A DNA stretch of 64,000 nucleotides from the NCBI GenBank assembly GCA_964016885.1, contig OZ024743.1, positions 218,984,001-219,048,000 on the forward strand, read 5' to 3'. Positions 48,881 through 61,130 of the stretch are shown here, piece after piece. Every line of letters starts with the position of its first letter. The first letter of the stretch is position 1. This stretch comes from Eledone cirrhosa (lineage: Eukaryota). The translations under genes and the position numbers were made by a program. Below the pieces are notes generated by a model. That model ran no database searches, was not told the DNA's origin, and saw only the letters and a list, made by a program, of their open reading frames with translations.

Positions 48881-49100
48881 GAGGGCGGTGGATTGGCAGT
48901 ATCGGTAGAGGGTCGGACGCCATGCTTTGCAGCATAGAGTTACGGCTCTTTATGATCTGAGCTCAAATCCCGCCGAGGTTAACTTTGCCTTTCATCCTTA
49001 TGGGGTCGATAAAATAAAGTACCAGTCACGCACTGGGGTCGATTTAATCGACTTTCCCCTCCCCCCAAATTACTGGCCTTGTGCCTATATAACAAACCGT
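48881..49100 (+). mobile_element. tRNA-SINE (family 1), full length with TSD
   Basis: A- and B-boxes; flanked by duplicated GTTATTATTTCTGGCAAT. Confidence 0.92.
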
Positions 49101-49224
49101 TATTATTTCTGGCAATATTATTACAACAATATGACCCTCCCCAAGTATAACAATAGATACAGTATATACACATACACACATATATATATTTATATATATA
49201 TATACTTATATTTATACATATATA

Positions 49225-49520
49225 TATATTTTGATCATGCCTTTATTTTTAAATTTTCTCATTCCTTGTATTTTGATCATGCTTTATTTTTATTTATTAT
49301 TTATTATATTTTTGTCTTTATTTGTTAATTTTTCATTCGCACCGTTTCCTTTCGCTATATGTCTCTCCACCACTCCCCTACACACCTTTTGAACTCTCAC
49401 CTGAAGAAGGGCTTATGCCCGAAACGTCGTCCCCCACCTACCCCCCACTCTCGTGAGCGTGAATTTAATAAACATTTGTCGTACTGCCTCTCTGTTCTGT
49501 CCCTGTTCAATTTTTCATTA
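49225..49520 (+). mobile_element. Penelope-like LTR fragment with a minimal hammerhead (49399-49431)
   Basis: CTGAAGA-AGGGC-TTAT-GCCC-GAAACGTC; (TA)n both sides; same family as 62272-63122. Confidence 0.7.
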
Positions 49521-49546
49521 TATATATATATATATATATATACTTA

Positions 49547-49635
<89 letters not shown>

Positions 49636-49641
<6 letters not shown>

Positions 49642-49798
49642 AAGTATGACCCCGACATCAGAGCTCAAGCCGTTTCGACGAAACGGCTTGAGCTCTGCCG
49701 TCGGGGTCATACTTTTTCCTATTTCCCACTCTACTACCCTAAGTATTGAGTACTCTGGTGCGTTATGGTCCATCTGGTTCCTTACCACAATTCCTTTG

Positions 49799-49800
<2 letters not shown>
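49636..49800 (+). mobile_element. Penelope-like LTR fragment with a 5' fold-back at the hammerhead
   Basis: ~40-bp hairpin centred at TTCGACGAA (~49677); GAAACGGC..GCCGTC stem III; (TA)n both sides. Confidence 0.65.
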
Positions 49801-49896
<96 letters not shown>

Positions 49897-51044
49897 GCAC
49901 ATCTATATATACATATATATACAGCATGTATGTTTCATTATACCTCTTTATAGTCTGAGTTCAAATCCCGCCCAAGTTTACTTTACCTTGTATTCTTCTC
50001 TGGTCCATAACTAAGTACCAGTTAATGCTATAAGTACTGGAGGGGTGCAAACAACTACACCCTAAAAGGCGTGGTCACAATCCAATGAGCAAAACCAGTA
50101 AATGAGTAAAGATTAATGTGTACACATGCATGTGATTTGTGTTTATATGTGTCAGTGTTTACAAGAAACAACGTTATGTATACCTATTAACATTAGCCAG
50201 TAAATAGATTTTGAAACAGGAAGTTTGTTCGCAGGAAAGGAAGTCTATAAACCAAAGTTTCTAGAACTACTTCAATTAACTCCATATTTCTAATAATAAT
50301 TGTGTTAAGAAAGTAAATTATTTATTTCATATTTTGTCATAAGATCTCTGCTTTAATTAACCACTTAGCACCACCAAAGGAAGCAACATGTTCAAAAGCA
50401 GCGGAACCGGTTTATAATTAATATTTTTTAATGAAAATGCTCTTTCCGGGCTCCGGGCAACACTTCGGTTGTATACAAACAATTTACGGATTAACCTCTA
50501 CAAAATTTCTTTAAAATCTACTTAAAATGCTTTATTCAAAAAGATTTATACTTTTTTTTTACTTTTTGTTTCTTTAGTTTCAATTATTTAGAAAACAAAA
50601 ATAATTGCAATGAATTTTATTTTAAATAGTTTCACAACATTCCGTGCATGAAATCCAAGACACCAGATACAAAAATATAAATTCTATTTTATCTTTTCTT
50701 GGTGACATAGACTAAATAGCGCCAATGTAAAATTACCTAGCAGCCTGGACAATTTTGCCCTTTAAAATTATTGTTATTTTAATCATATAACGATATTGCT
50801 GGAATAGGCACTCTCAGACGTACAATAGTGAGAAAACTCAGTCTAGTCTGGAAAATTTAGCTTTCATTAAGTTTCTATAATACGAACTTTTAGCAAATAA
50901 TCTGTATCAAATTTAAATAATATTTTTATGAACTTTGTAATTTAAAATCCAGAATCGGAAGAGACTGACGTCAGTGCCGGCAAGGATTAATCCATAAGAA
51001 GAGTTGAATAAGTCCAAGTACTGTAAGGAAGGGGGGGAAGAATA

Positions 51045-51075
51045 TAACGTTTCAGTGTCTTACCCCTCATCTGGG
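51045..51075 (-). ncRNA. Decayed minimal hammerhead motif
   Basis: CAGATGAGGGGTAAGACACTGAAACGTTA; core and stem II are degenerate. Confidence 0.3.
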
Positions 51076-51368
51076 AATGAAGAAGGGAAAAGTGCTGTTG
51101 CAATTTAACAAATTGATCGGATATTTAAAACATTTCATGAACAATATCATAACCAAAATAAAATATAGTATAATAGTATACAGTTTGTAAAAAAGAATTA
51201 GTCATAAATTTGGCGAATAAAAGCTGGTTTCAGCTGACGCTTAAAATTAAATATAGACATTAAGTTGGTGAGTTCTATAACATAATGCCCCAGCATGGCC
51301 TCAGCCGGATGGCTGGAACAAGTAAAAGAGTATAATGGATTGTAGTCTTCTTGTAGTGAATCTAGAGC

Positions 51369-51676
51369 CAGGTTTCCCAGCCTGGGCGATATCGGCCACC
51401 AGTGGGCGATTTTAACTGTTGGGTGGGCGATTGGGAATTTTGGTGACGATAGAGTATTTTGAGTATTAAGAAGGTATTTCAACATATGGTTACCGAAAAA
51501 ATATTCAAAGGAGAAATGTAAAGAACTTATACAAAAAAACAAAGAAAAAACAGAAGCTAAATTGGAATACCGAACAAGTAACAAACTTTTAACAAACATT
51601 TTTGGTATGCTTTTGAATATTTGAGGGGGAAATTTTTTCCCTGTGAAAAAGACGCAAAAAAGGTTGGGAACTCTTG
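51369..51676. mobile_element. hAT (Charlie-like) MITE
   Basis: CAGGTTTCCCAGCCT ... AGGTTGGGAACTCTTG imperfect TIRs with TCTAG-containing flanks. Confidence 0.6.
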
Positions 51677-52396
51677 ATCTAGCAAGCTAAAATCACAAAG
51701 TGTGTTGAACTTAGCATTGCAAATTAACGAAACATTTGTCAATTTTACAGTGCAACCACGGTTTGTAATGGTTAGTTGGTAACTATTTACAGCTTAATAG
51801 ACTGAACGATTCCAGGGATAGGTTTCTTTACTACTGTCACAAATCATTGCCGTTAACACGACACGAACCATGGCTAGACGTTTAATATTCAACTGACGCG
51901 GTCATCTGCGTTCTCAGTTCGGACCTCCGTTGATTTCGATGGAGAGTGTTCCAGTTGTTCAATAATAACGGGACAGCCTGCTCCTGAAATTAACCTACAA
52001 GTGACTGAGCATTCCACAGACGTGTATCTTTAATGTAATTCTCGGGTAGATCCAGCATGATAGGGTGTGACAAGGTTGGCTTTTTTTGAAATTCAGATAC
52101 AAATACAATCCTTCTGACGGGCTTTCAAACAGGTTCCAGTTTCACTCAGAAAGCTTGAATCTACTCGAGACGATAGTCAAGGGCTCGAACCCACGACCTT
52201 ATAATTATGAAGCAAACTTCTTGACCATGCTGCGTCCATGCGTTCACCGAAACAAACTAGTAAATTAGTAAAACATAAAACTACCGGTTTGTTCCAGTTT
52301 TTTCCCTTATTTTATTCTTATATTGTTTCTGTATTCTGTGACGTCAGGTGGTTTTCAGTAAAGATTATCTGGAAGGGCGGGCAGATCTTTATAAAT

Positions 52397-52480
52397 ACGA
52401 AGGTCGGCTAAAAGGTTCATAGGCTGACCAAGATATTCATGGAATGTGACCAAATGAAGTTCATTTATCAACATAGCCCC
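52397..52480. mobile_element. Mariner-derived MITE fragment
   Basis: TACGAAGGTCGGCTAAAAGGTTCATAGGCTGACCAAG. Confidence 0.65.
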
Positions 52481-53029
52481 TTCACACACTGGTGGTGGTG
52501 GTGGTGTTGCTGTTGCTTTGTCTCAGGTCAGTCGTCGTGACAAAGCAGGTGTATAATCAAGCTCAGGACATTCCAGTAATAACTATCTTATAATTTGACG
52601 TTCAGCTATATATACATTATCCAGTGAGCTCTTCCTTTTTCAGTACGATAGGGTGGAATTTGAAGGAGATTTGACTGCTATTTCTAGCAGGTCTAGTGAC
52701 CCATATGAATATTCTCTTTGATACCTGTGCTAACACGGATTTTATAGAGTTGAAGTTTTGAATATAAACAATTTTTTACGATTAGTAAACGATAGATGTG
52801 GTGGGAATGTTTCAGCTACGCAGTCACTCAATCTGCTAGAAATAGCAGCCACTTTTGTGTTTAAAAATAATGGTTTTAAACGGATATATTTGACAAAATA
52901 AAACACTTAGCTAAGATGCATCTCAGACTAACCTTTCTCTTCGGCGCTAGAAAAGACTTCATGCCCCACCATCTATTGTCCTATATAAATCTCAGGTGAT
53001 TTCCCCAATGGAGTATTGCTCTCATACAT

Positions 53030-53144
53030 GGGACGCTGCTGTGCTGGGTCGTTAGAGCGTCCGATACAATGCTTTACCTCATTTTATCTGACATTCTGTT
53101 CTCTGGGTTCAATTCCCGCCGAGGTTTACTTTTCCATTTATCCA

Positions 53145-53208
<64 letters not shown>

Positions 53209-53525
53209 TAATCCTTTTACCGCCCATCTGTGGACACAGTAAAAACAGGAAAGAGTGAATGAGTCAACGAGGAAGTTTCTGCGGGTCTACTTAACTTGCT
53301 GGAAATAGCCACCAAATCTAGATCAAATCACATAATACTGTTTCAAATAAAGGAGGATATGATGGACCCTAATATATTGGTTTCTGATTTAGGCACAAGA
53401 CCAACAATTTCGGGGGAGGGAACAGTCGATTAAATCGACCTAAGTGCATTACTGGTGCTTTATTTTATCGATCCTATCAGGATAACCTCGGCAGGATTTG
53501 AACTCAGATCATAAAGGGCCATAAA
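53030..53525. mobile_element. Decayed tRNA-SINEs (plus strand 53030-53145, minus strand 53375-53525) around a (CT)n tract
   Basis: GGTTCAATTCCCGCCGAGG core; reverse-strand tail and core. Confidence 0.65.
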
Positions 53526-54956
53526 CTAGTTGCACCCTAATATATAATAAGGCAAGATGGGCACGGCTAGAATCATAGGTCTAATCGATCGGGGTTAAAT
53601 CAAAATAGTAACATCAATAAACAGCCTATTCGAAATTACTCTAGGACGTTATTGTAGCAGAAAGTTTTGTAGCTCTGTATTTTAATACAGAGCCTGTTAG
53701 TGGCGAATTAGGGAGTAGAGCTGATTGGGCTGTAACCAGTGTCCCCACAACATTTAAAGCCCCAGACCCTTCAATTAGATTTTTTGCTACCATAAATAAT
53801 ACGCACGGAACCGATGAAACACTCCGCCAATGGCCTCGGACAAGCTTGATCTGCCCCTGGATCCTATCTATAAATATATATATATGCAGGCTAGCAAAGG
53901 AGCTTCTACGCGGTCGTTCGACCTGCATGAAATACTGTCCACAACTTCCTCAAGTCAAACCCTACCGTCATAGAAAAAAGGTCTTGTGTACACTATGACT
54001 GAGATAAAGACTGGATCATTACAACTGGAATATGTTCTGTTGTAGATCAGCTAATTACGGTTGATTAGGAGCTAACAACAAGAACATATGCACACATTTT
54101 TGCATATATCTCTGTGTGTCGTCTGAACTATATATAAAGAATATTTGCATATAAATACACACATGAAGTAATTCCGTCGGAAAGGTAGAGGAAAAAAGAG
54201 TGCTCTATGTAGGTTACAGAGCTTCTTAGTTGTGTAATAAATAACATAAGATAATTATTTCATTTACCAGTGGTTTCTTGAAAGCAAACAAATCTGCTTT
54301 CAGTCATCAGAATGAAAAAATCCTGATGTTTTTATTGAAAACAAAAATATAAGAAATATGAGAGTGGGGCTGAGGGAAGAATAAAAAAAGATTATAGATA
54401 ATAAGTATATAATCACACATACACACACAAAAAATTGGTGTTATAATACCAATACACACACATACGTACTAGCGATTTCGATTCTACAATCCAAACGATA
54501 AAGCAAACATCTAAAAGTCCCTCCACAACACATCCCTCGAAAATGATAAGAAAAACTTTCATTCAAAAGTTAAGACACCAATTTGTTGTATGACTGATAA
54601 GAAAACCGAGACATACAGTGCTTCTATTGAGGTTAATTGGGGTTATAGATACGAATATTTACCCTTTCCACATAGATTTTAGCAGTTAGTTATTCTCGTT
54701 ATTTACAGTTTTATCCTTCTAGGCATTTCCCTAACTGAAACAAGATTGTGTTGTGTGGTAGTTTATTATTATTTAGTTAGTTTAATGAGATTATAATTCT
54801 GCTTTTCAATTTTTTTTTATCAAATTTATGGGCTTTAATACATCATCAGTATATATACTTCTTTTCTACTACTACTACTACTACTACTACTACTATTACT
54901 ACTACTACTACTACTACTACTACGACTGTTGCTGCTGCTGTTGCTACTACTACTAC

Positions 54957-55214
54957 CAAGGGCCTTGTTTCAGGGGGTACCAGGGGACAAGTATCCCCCC
55001 ACCCACTTTTTCAAACGTCTATGTCTTATTTTTTGTTTATTTGATATAATATTTTTTTTAAGCTTATTTTTTGTAATATATAAAATTTAATTAGCGTAAA
55101 ATGTTGCTTATGTGATAGGGTCCGGGAAAGGCACCATAAGCAATTTATGCTCCTTTAAGAATCAACAAATGTTGGTTTTTCCCCCTCACATTTTTAAGAC
55201 AAACGAGGCCCCTG
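54957..55214. mobile_element. hAT-like MITE inserted in a (CTA)n microsatellite (54866-55235)
   Basis: TIRs CAAGGGCCTTGTTT / AAACGAGGCCCCTG match at 12 of 14; ACTACTAC 8-mer on both sides. Confidence 0.65.
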
Positions 55215-55349
55215 ACTACTACTACTACTACTACTATGTTTAAATATTCTTCTGAGCTAATCCTTTCTGCAACCCTCTGTTTTTTCAACTGTAATGTTTC
55301 TCCTTATAAATCACACACTACTAACACTACATTGGGTCAATGGCTTGGA

Positions 55350-55480
55350 AATAATTAGTCCTACTTTTGGCACAAGGCCAGCAATTTGAAGGGAATGATA
55401 AAGTCGATTAAATCCACCCCAATGCGTTACTGGGTTGGTATAGTGTTTTATCAATTCCATAAGGATGAAAAGCAAAAACA
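55350..55480 (-). mobile_element. 5'-truncated tRNA-SINE (family 1)
   Basis: CTACTTTTGGCACAAGGCCAGCAATTT...TAAGGATGAAAAGCAAA. Confidence 0.7.
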
Positions 55481-55949
55481 CTGTATTTCTGAGGTTGTTA
55501 TCGTTTAACCCAAATTTGACCTGATCGGGGACTCACTTGATTGAAAGCGGTCCAGACATGGACATCCTGTCTTTTTATATATCTAGGACTACATTATTCA
55601 ATGTGTCATTCTCTTTTTAAGACAGTAGGGAGCAAGATTGTTAGATAACAGAGAAAGAATCGGCCCAAGTAGTGGACTTGGTGGACGGAAACTGCGTAGG
55701 ATCGTTTCTGTTCTTATATGATAGACATAATCATCACCTGGCCCTTGTGTGATTTTAGAAGAGATGTTGCATTCGGCACAGATCTCCAGTCTAAGGATAA
55801 CGTTCTTCCTTCCCCTTAAAAATGGTCTTAGGCGTTGTCCCACCTCTTCTGACTAAGTCATTAAAAAATTCAAGTCTTTAATACTGAATCTCAATATCCT
55901 GAACGCCTACACTCGTTGTCTCACAATGTATTACCACTGTCCTAGTTCT

Positions 55950-56075
55950 AATGTACATAGCTATGCACATTCTATGTGCGTAACTATGCACGCAGTTATG
56001 TACATATCTATACAAATAACTATGCACATGACTATGCACATGACTATGCACATGACTATGCACATGGATATGCAC
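55950..56075 (+). repeat. 12-bp minisatellite (TGACTATGCACA)
   Basis: Four near-perfect and several degenerate units. Confidence 0.8.
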
Positions 56076-56148
56076 AAGGATCATAATCATCAAACCTTCA
56101 TGTCGTTTTACATTTCTTTCCAATATGAGGCACTTAAAATAGATCCAC

Positions 56149-57658
56149 CAGCTACTATTAATGATAATTTCTTTCTTGGCCACAAGGGCCGCCAGCTACT
56201 ATTAATGATAATTTCTTTCTTGGCCACAAGGGCCGCCGGCTACTATTAATGATAATTTCTTTCTTGGCCACAAGGGCCGCCGGCTACTATTAATGATAAT
56301 TTCTTTCTTGGCCACAAGGGCCGCCGGCTACTATTAATGATAATTTCTTTCTTGGCCACAAGGGCCGCCAGCTACTATTAATGATAATTTCTTTCTTGGC
56401 CACAAGGGCCGCCGGCTACTATTAATGATAATTTCTTTCTTGGCCACAAGGGCCGCCAGCTACTATTAATGATAATTTCTTTCTTGGCCACAAGGGCCGC
56501 CAGCTACTATTAATGATAATTTCTTTCTTGGCCACAAGGGCCGCCGGCTACTATTAATGATAATTTCTTTCTTGGCCACAAGGGCCGCCAGCTACTATTA
56601 ATGATAATTTCTTTCTTGGCCACAAGGGCCGCCAGCTACTATTAATGATAATTTCTTTCTTGGCCACAAGGGCCGCCGGCTACTATTAATGATAATTTCT
56701 TTCTTGGCCACAAGGGCCGCCGGCTACTATTAATGATAATTTCTTTCTTGGCCACAAGGGCCGCCGGCTACTATTAATGATAATTTCTTTCTTGGCCACA
56801 AGGGCCGCCGGCTACTATTAATGATAATTTCTTTCTTGGCCACAAGGGCCGCCGGCTACTATTAATGATAATTTCTTTCTTGGCCACAAGGGCCGCCAGC
56901 TACTATTAATGATAATTTCTTTCTTGGCCACAAGGGCCGCCGGCTACTATTAATGATAATTTCTTTCTTGGCCACAAGGGCCGCCGGCTACTATTAATGA
57001 TAATTTCTTTCTTGGCCACAAGGGCCGCCGGCTACTATTAATGATAATTTCTTTCTTGGCCACAAGGGCCGCCAGCTACTATTAATGATAATTTCTTTCT
57101 TGGCCACAAGGGCCGCCGGCTACTATTAATGATAATTTCTTTCTTGGCCACAAGGGCCGCCAGCTACTATTAATGATAATTTCTTTCTTGGCCACAAGGG
57201 CCGCCGGCTACTATTAATGATAATTTCTTTCTTGGCCACAAGGGCCGCCGGCTACTATTAATGATAATTTCTTTCTTGGCCACAAGGGCCGCCGGCTACT
57301 ATTAATGATAATTTCTTTCTTGGCCACAAGGGCCGCCAGCTACTATTAATGATAATTTCTTTCTTGGCCACAAGGGCCGCCAGCTACTATTAACGATAAT
57401 TTCTTTCTTGGCCACAAGGGCCGCCAGCTACTATTAATGATAATTTCTTTCTTGGCCACAAGGGCCGCCAGCTACTATTAATGATAATTTCTTTCTTGGC
57501 CACAATGGCCGCCAGCTACTATTAATGATAATTTCTTTCTTGGCCACAATGGCCGCCAGCTACTATTAATGATAATTTCTTTCTTGGCCACAAGGGCCGC
57601 CAGCTACTATTAATGATAATTTCTTTCTTGGCCACAAGGGCCGCCAGCTACTATTAAT
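56149..57658 (+). repeat. Homogeneous 44-bp tandem array, about 34 copies
   Basis: Unit GCTACTATTAATGATAATTTCTTTCTTGGCCACAAGGGCCGCC(A/G); no spacers. Confidence 0.97.
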
Positions 57659-58330
57659 AATTGTTTCTACTTTTGGCACAAGGCCAGCAATTATCCCAGT
57701 GTATTACTGGTACTTTATTTTATCGACCCCGTAAGGATGAAAGGCAAAGTTAACCTCGGCGGGATTTGAACTCAGATCGTAAAGGGCGGTAACTCTATGC
57801 TGCAAAGCATAGCGTCAGCAATTATTAATAATGAGTTTTACTATAGGCACAAGGCCGGCAATATTTACTTTTAGGGGGGGGGGGTCGATTGAAAAGACAC
57901 CAGTACGTTACTGGTCCTTTATTTTATAGACCCCGTAAGGATGAAAGGCAAAGCTAACCTCGGCGGGATTTGATCTCAGAACGTAACTCTATGCGTCAAA
58001 GAATGGCGTCCGACCCTCTACCGATACTGCCAATCCACCGCCCTATTAATAATTGCTTCTACTTTAGGCACAAGGCCAGCAATCACCAGTGCATTACTGG
58101 TACTTTATTTTATCGACCTCGTAAGGATGAAAGGCAAAGTCAATGATTTCTAGTATAGGCACAAGGCCAGTAATTTGGGGGGAGGGGAAAGTCGATTAAA
58201 TCGATCCCCAGTACATTACTGGTACTTTATTTTATCGACCCTGTAAGGATGAAAGGAAAAGTTAACCTCGGCGAGATTTGAACTCTGAATCTAAAGGGCC
58301 GTAACTCTATGCTGCCAATCTCCCACCCTA
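57655..58330 (-). mobile_element. Cluster of four tRNA-SINEs (family 1)
   Basis: Repeated tail CTACT.T.GGCACAAGGCC.GCAAT and core GTAAGGATGAAAGGCAAAG at about 57660, 57840, 58055 and 58150. Confidence 0.88.
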
Positions 58331-58540
58331 CTGCCACTATTAATAATGCTACTAGATAGATGAAACCTTGTCTCAAAAAACACGCGAAGTTCATTACTGG
58401 TACCACATTCCTTGGTGGCTTAAATATATTTATCTCCCTCTCGAGGCAGCATTAATGTTATATTATATAAACACCTCACCTTCGTCCAACACATCACTAA
58501 TATGATCGATCGCTTCTACTCTGATCAATGTAACAACTAA

Positions 58541-58836
58541 TACGGGGTACGCTGTAAGGTTCATAGACTGACTATGATGCTAGAGCTGTGAAATATTGTA
58601 TACATTAATTTCAATTCTGATCAATGTAGCAACAAATACGTGGGTCGACTGAAAAGTTTATAGGCTAACTATGAAGGAGTGATGCTAGAGCTGTGAAATT
58701 TTGCATGTATTAATTTCAACTCGTCTTATTGATAACTGCATTGTTTCTTTCCGGGGACCATGTTGAAAAATAGACCTCATTTGGTCATTCCATGAGAGTA
58801 TCTTGGTCAGCCGATGAATTTATAATCCGACCCACA
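58541..58836. mobile_element. Mariner-derived MITE with a partial upstream duplicate
   Basis: TACGTGGGTCGACTGAAAAGTTTATAGGCT...CCGACCCACATA. Confidence 0.7.
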
Positions 58837-58944
58837 TAATATATATATATATACTTAGGTTAATAGGAGTTAGGTATTGTATACCCGTGTCCCATTAAGG
58901 TATTGGCAGCATAATAATTAGCTCTATGCTTTGGAGCAGAGCCG

Positions 58945-59590
58945 TATATATGAAAAAGAACACAAGAGCGTCTACAACATCAAAAGATTTTTATTGGCTT
59001 ACAATGTTTCTTCCTTACGTAACCGTAGTTGTCAAGGTTATACATCTTAATAATAAATAATCTGTGTATCAAAGTTGCAGAACCTATACGAACTTGTGCA
59101 TCTGCTGTGGTGTCAAAAACAAACGCGAATGACCGCACAGATAAACAATGGACCACGCCACGTGGCTTGAACCCGTAAGTGAATTGAAGGTTCTGCAACT
59201 CTGATACACAGATTATTTATTATTAAGATGTATAACCTTGACATAACTATTATCATCTTATATTCTCTCAACTAATCACACTTGATCATATTTCTCTATC
59301 CCGTTTTCTCCTCCCATAATTATTATATTTTTATTATTATTTGAAAAAATCGTTTTTTTACATTGTGTTTTCCCCTCCAAATATTCGCTTATATTTCTTT
59401 ATATATTCTCTATATATATTTTTTTATCGTTATTATTTCCACTTTTATCCTCCTCTATATTTTACCTTATTCTTACTTTTATACCTTATTATAGTGTAAT
59501 CTTCCCCATGCCTTATTATACACTATTAATTATAGATTATTATTATTACTCTGTTTCCATTTCTAATTACCTCATGTACTTTCTCCTCCG

Positions 59591-59625
<35 letters not shown>

Positions 59626-59964
59626 ATGCCCTTTGTGTTTGTGTAACCTATGCGCACCCTCTGCACCATACTATCGACGCCACCCCATCTATGGTTCAGC
59701 TAACCACCCGACTCCCGGGAATGAATATGACCGCATCTAGTAAACAAGGACCCACACCCCACCCTCCCGCACCAAAATTAGACTTATCGTCCCCTACTTT
59801 TGTTCTTTACTCTCTTTACTCTTTGTTCTTGAATGTTTGGTTGGTAGAGTCCATAACACCAATCAAACCCCTTTTATAGCTCTGACGAATCCTACGGTTA
59901 CGTAAGGAAGAAACATTGTAAGCCAATAAAAATCTTTTGATGTTGTAGACGCTCTTGTGTTCTT

Positions 59965-59972
<8 letters not shown>
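58945..59972 (+). mobile_element. 5'-truncated Penelope-like element with a doubly inverted 5' end
   Basis: 58945-59027 is the reverse complement of 59892-59972, and 59024-59085 of 59188-59248. GIY-YIG-like end KQWTTPRGLN; hammerhead at 59879-59923; (TA)n flank. Confidence 0.75.
59879..59923 (+). ncRNA. Minimal type I hammerhead ribozyme
   Basis: GCT-CTGACGA-ATCCTACG-GTTA-CGTAAGGAA-GAAA-CATTG-TA-AGC. Confidence 0.7.
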
Positions 59973-60019
<47 letters not shown>

Positions 60020-60026
<7 letters not shown>

Positions 60027-60249
60027 TAAAATAACAGATTAAAGTTTAAGCAAAGAATCGCTGCTTTCACCCTTAACGGGATCTTCTGAAACTGAGTTTC
60101 AGAAGATCCCGTTAAGGGTGAAAGCAGCGATTCTTTGCTTAAACTTTAATGTTATTTTAATAAATATTTGCTCTACGGTTCTTATATATCTGATATATAC
60201 TTATCCTTATCGAGCCCTCTTTGGATTTTAGTCTTCAAATTTATTATTA

Positions 60250-60254
<5 letters not shown>
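60020..60254 (+). mobile_element. Penelope-like LTR fragment with a ~70-bp fold-back and a variant hammerhead
   Basis: Arms at 60020-60092 and 60096-60166; AGTTT-CAGAAGA-TCCC-GTTAA-GGGT-GAAA-GCA..TGC-TT-AAACT; (TA)n both sides. Confidence 0.65.
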
Positions 60255-60333
<79 letters not shown>

Positions 60334-60336
<3 letters not shown>

Positions 60337-60519
60337 GAGGGTCGGCTGAAAAGATCATAGGCTGACTATGATGGAGTGATGCTAGAGCTGTAGAATCTAG
60401 CATTCATTAATTTCAACTCTTCTTATTAATAACTGCATTGTTTCTTTCCAGGGACTATGTTGAAAAATAAACGTCATTTGGTCATTCCATGAGAGTATCT
60501 TGGTCAGCCGACCCTCGTA
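60334..60519. mobile_element. Mariner-derived MITE
   Basis: TA-CGAGGGTCGGCTGA ... TCAGCCGACCCTCG-TA perfect TIR. Confidence 0.88.
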
Positions 60520-60716
60520 TCTCGAAATCCTTATTGTAATTCTCGTTTTTCTCGGAATTATTTCAACTACGCCGGACGATATAAAAACTATTCGTGGTAT
60601 TATTAAAATCCCCTTTAAAAGACCTATATCGTTCTCATCAAACGATCATAGAATAGTGTATAAGCAATGAAGCTGATAGATTGAGTGTGCGTCTGTGAAA
60701 CATACACCAGGTCCGA

Positions 60717-61130
60717 ACACAAAGGAACCAAACTCCCACTGTCACTGCCTCCGTCTCTCCTGCTCTCCTCATCTCTCACTATTATGAGCAAATGGGGGCC
60801 CCCACGCTAGCTGCTCCGCGGCCCCGGTAGACAGAATAGAGAAGGCGTTTCCCCTGTGAGGGAGACGCGCTGGAAGAACCATTACAGCTCGCGAGGCTAT
60901 AAGCCTCAAATATCTTGTTCTACCACCATAGGCGCTGAGCTGGCCAACCGGAGGTGTGAGACTCGCGAGATGGAATGGCTCTTCCAGCGCATCTCCTTTA
61001 CCATCCTCCAGGGAAACACCTTCTCCATTCTGTCCGCCGGGGCTGTGGGGAGGCCAACACATGGGACCCTATTTGCTCACCATACAGAGAGATGGAGGCG
61101 ATGACAGTGGGAGTTCGGCTCTTCCTTGTG
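60717..61130. mobile_element. Long imperfect-palindrome MITE
   Basis: Left arm AACTCCCACTGTCA..GAGCAAATGGGG..GACAGAATAGAGAAGG..GCGCTGGAAGA mirrored by TCTTCCAGCGC..CCTTCTCCATTCTGTC..ATTTGCTC..TGACAGTGGGAGTT. Confidence 0.7.

Noticed and set aside
48881-48975. tRNA genes
   Set aside because: A- and B-boxes are present but there is no cloverleaf; they are heads of multicopy SINEs with body, tail and TSD.
48030-50910. Related segments at 48030-48260 and 50720-50910
   Set aside because: Old dispersed repeat fragments without termini or coding signal; cannot be classified from this window.
56149-57658. CRISPR array
   Set aside because: Units are contiguous with no unique spacers, there are no cas genes, and the context is eukaryotic.
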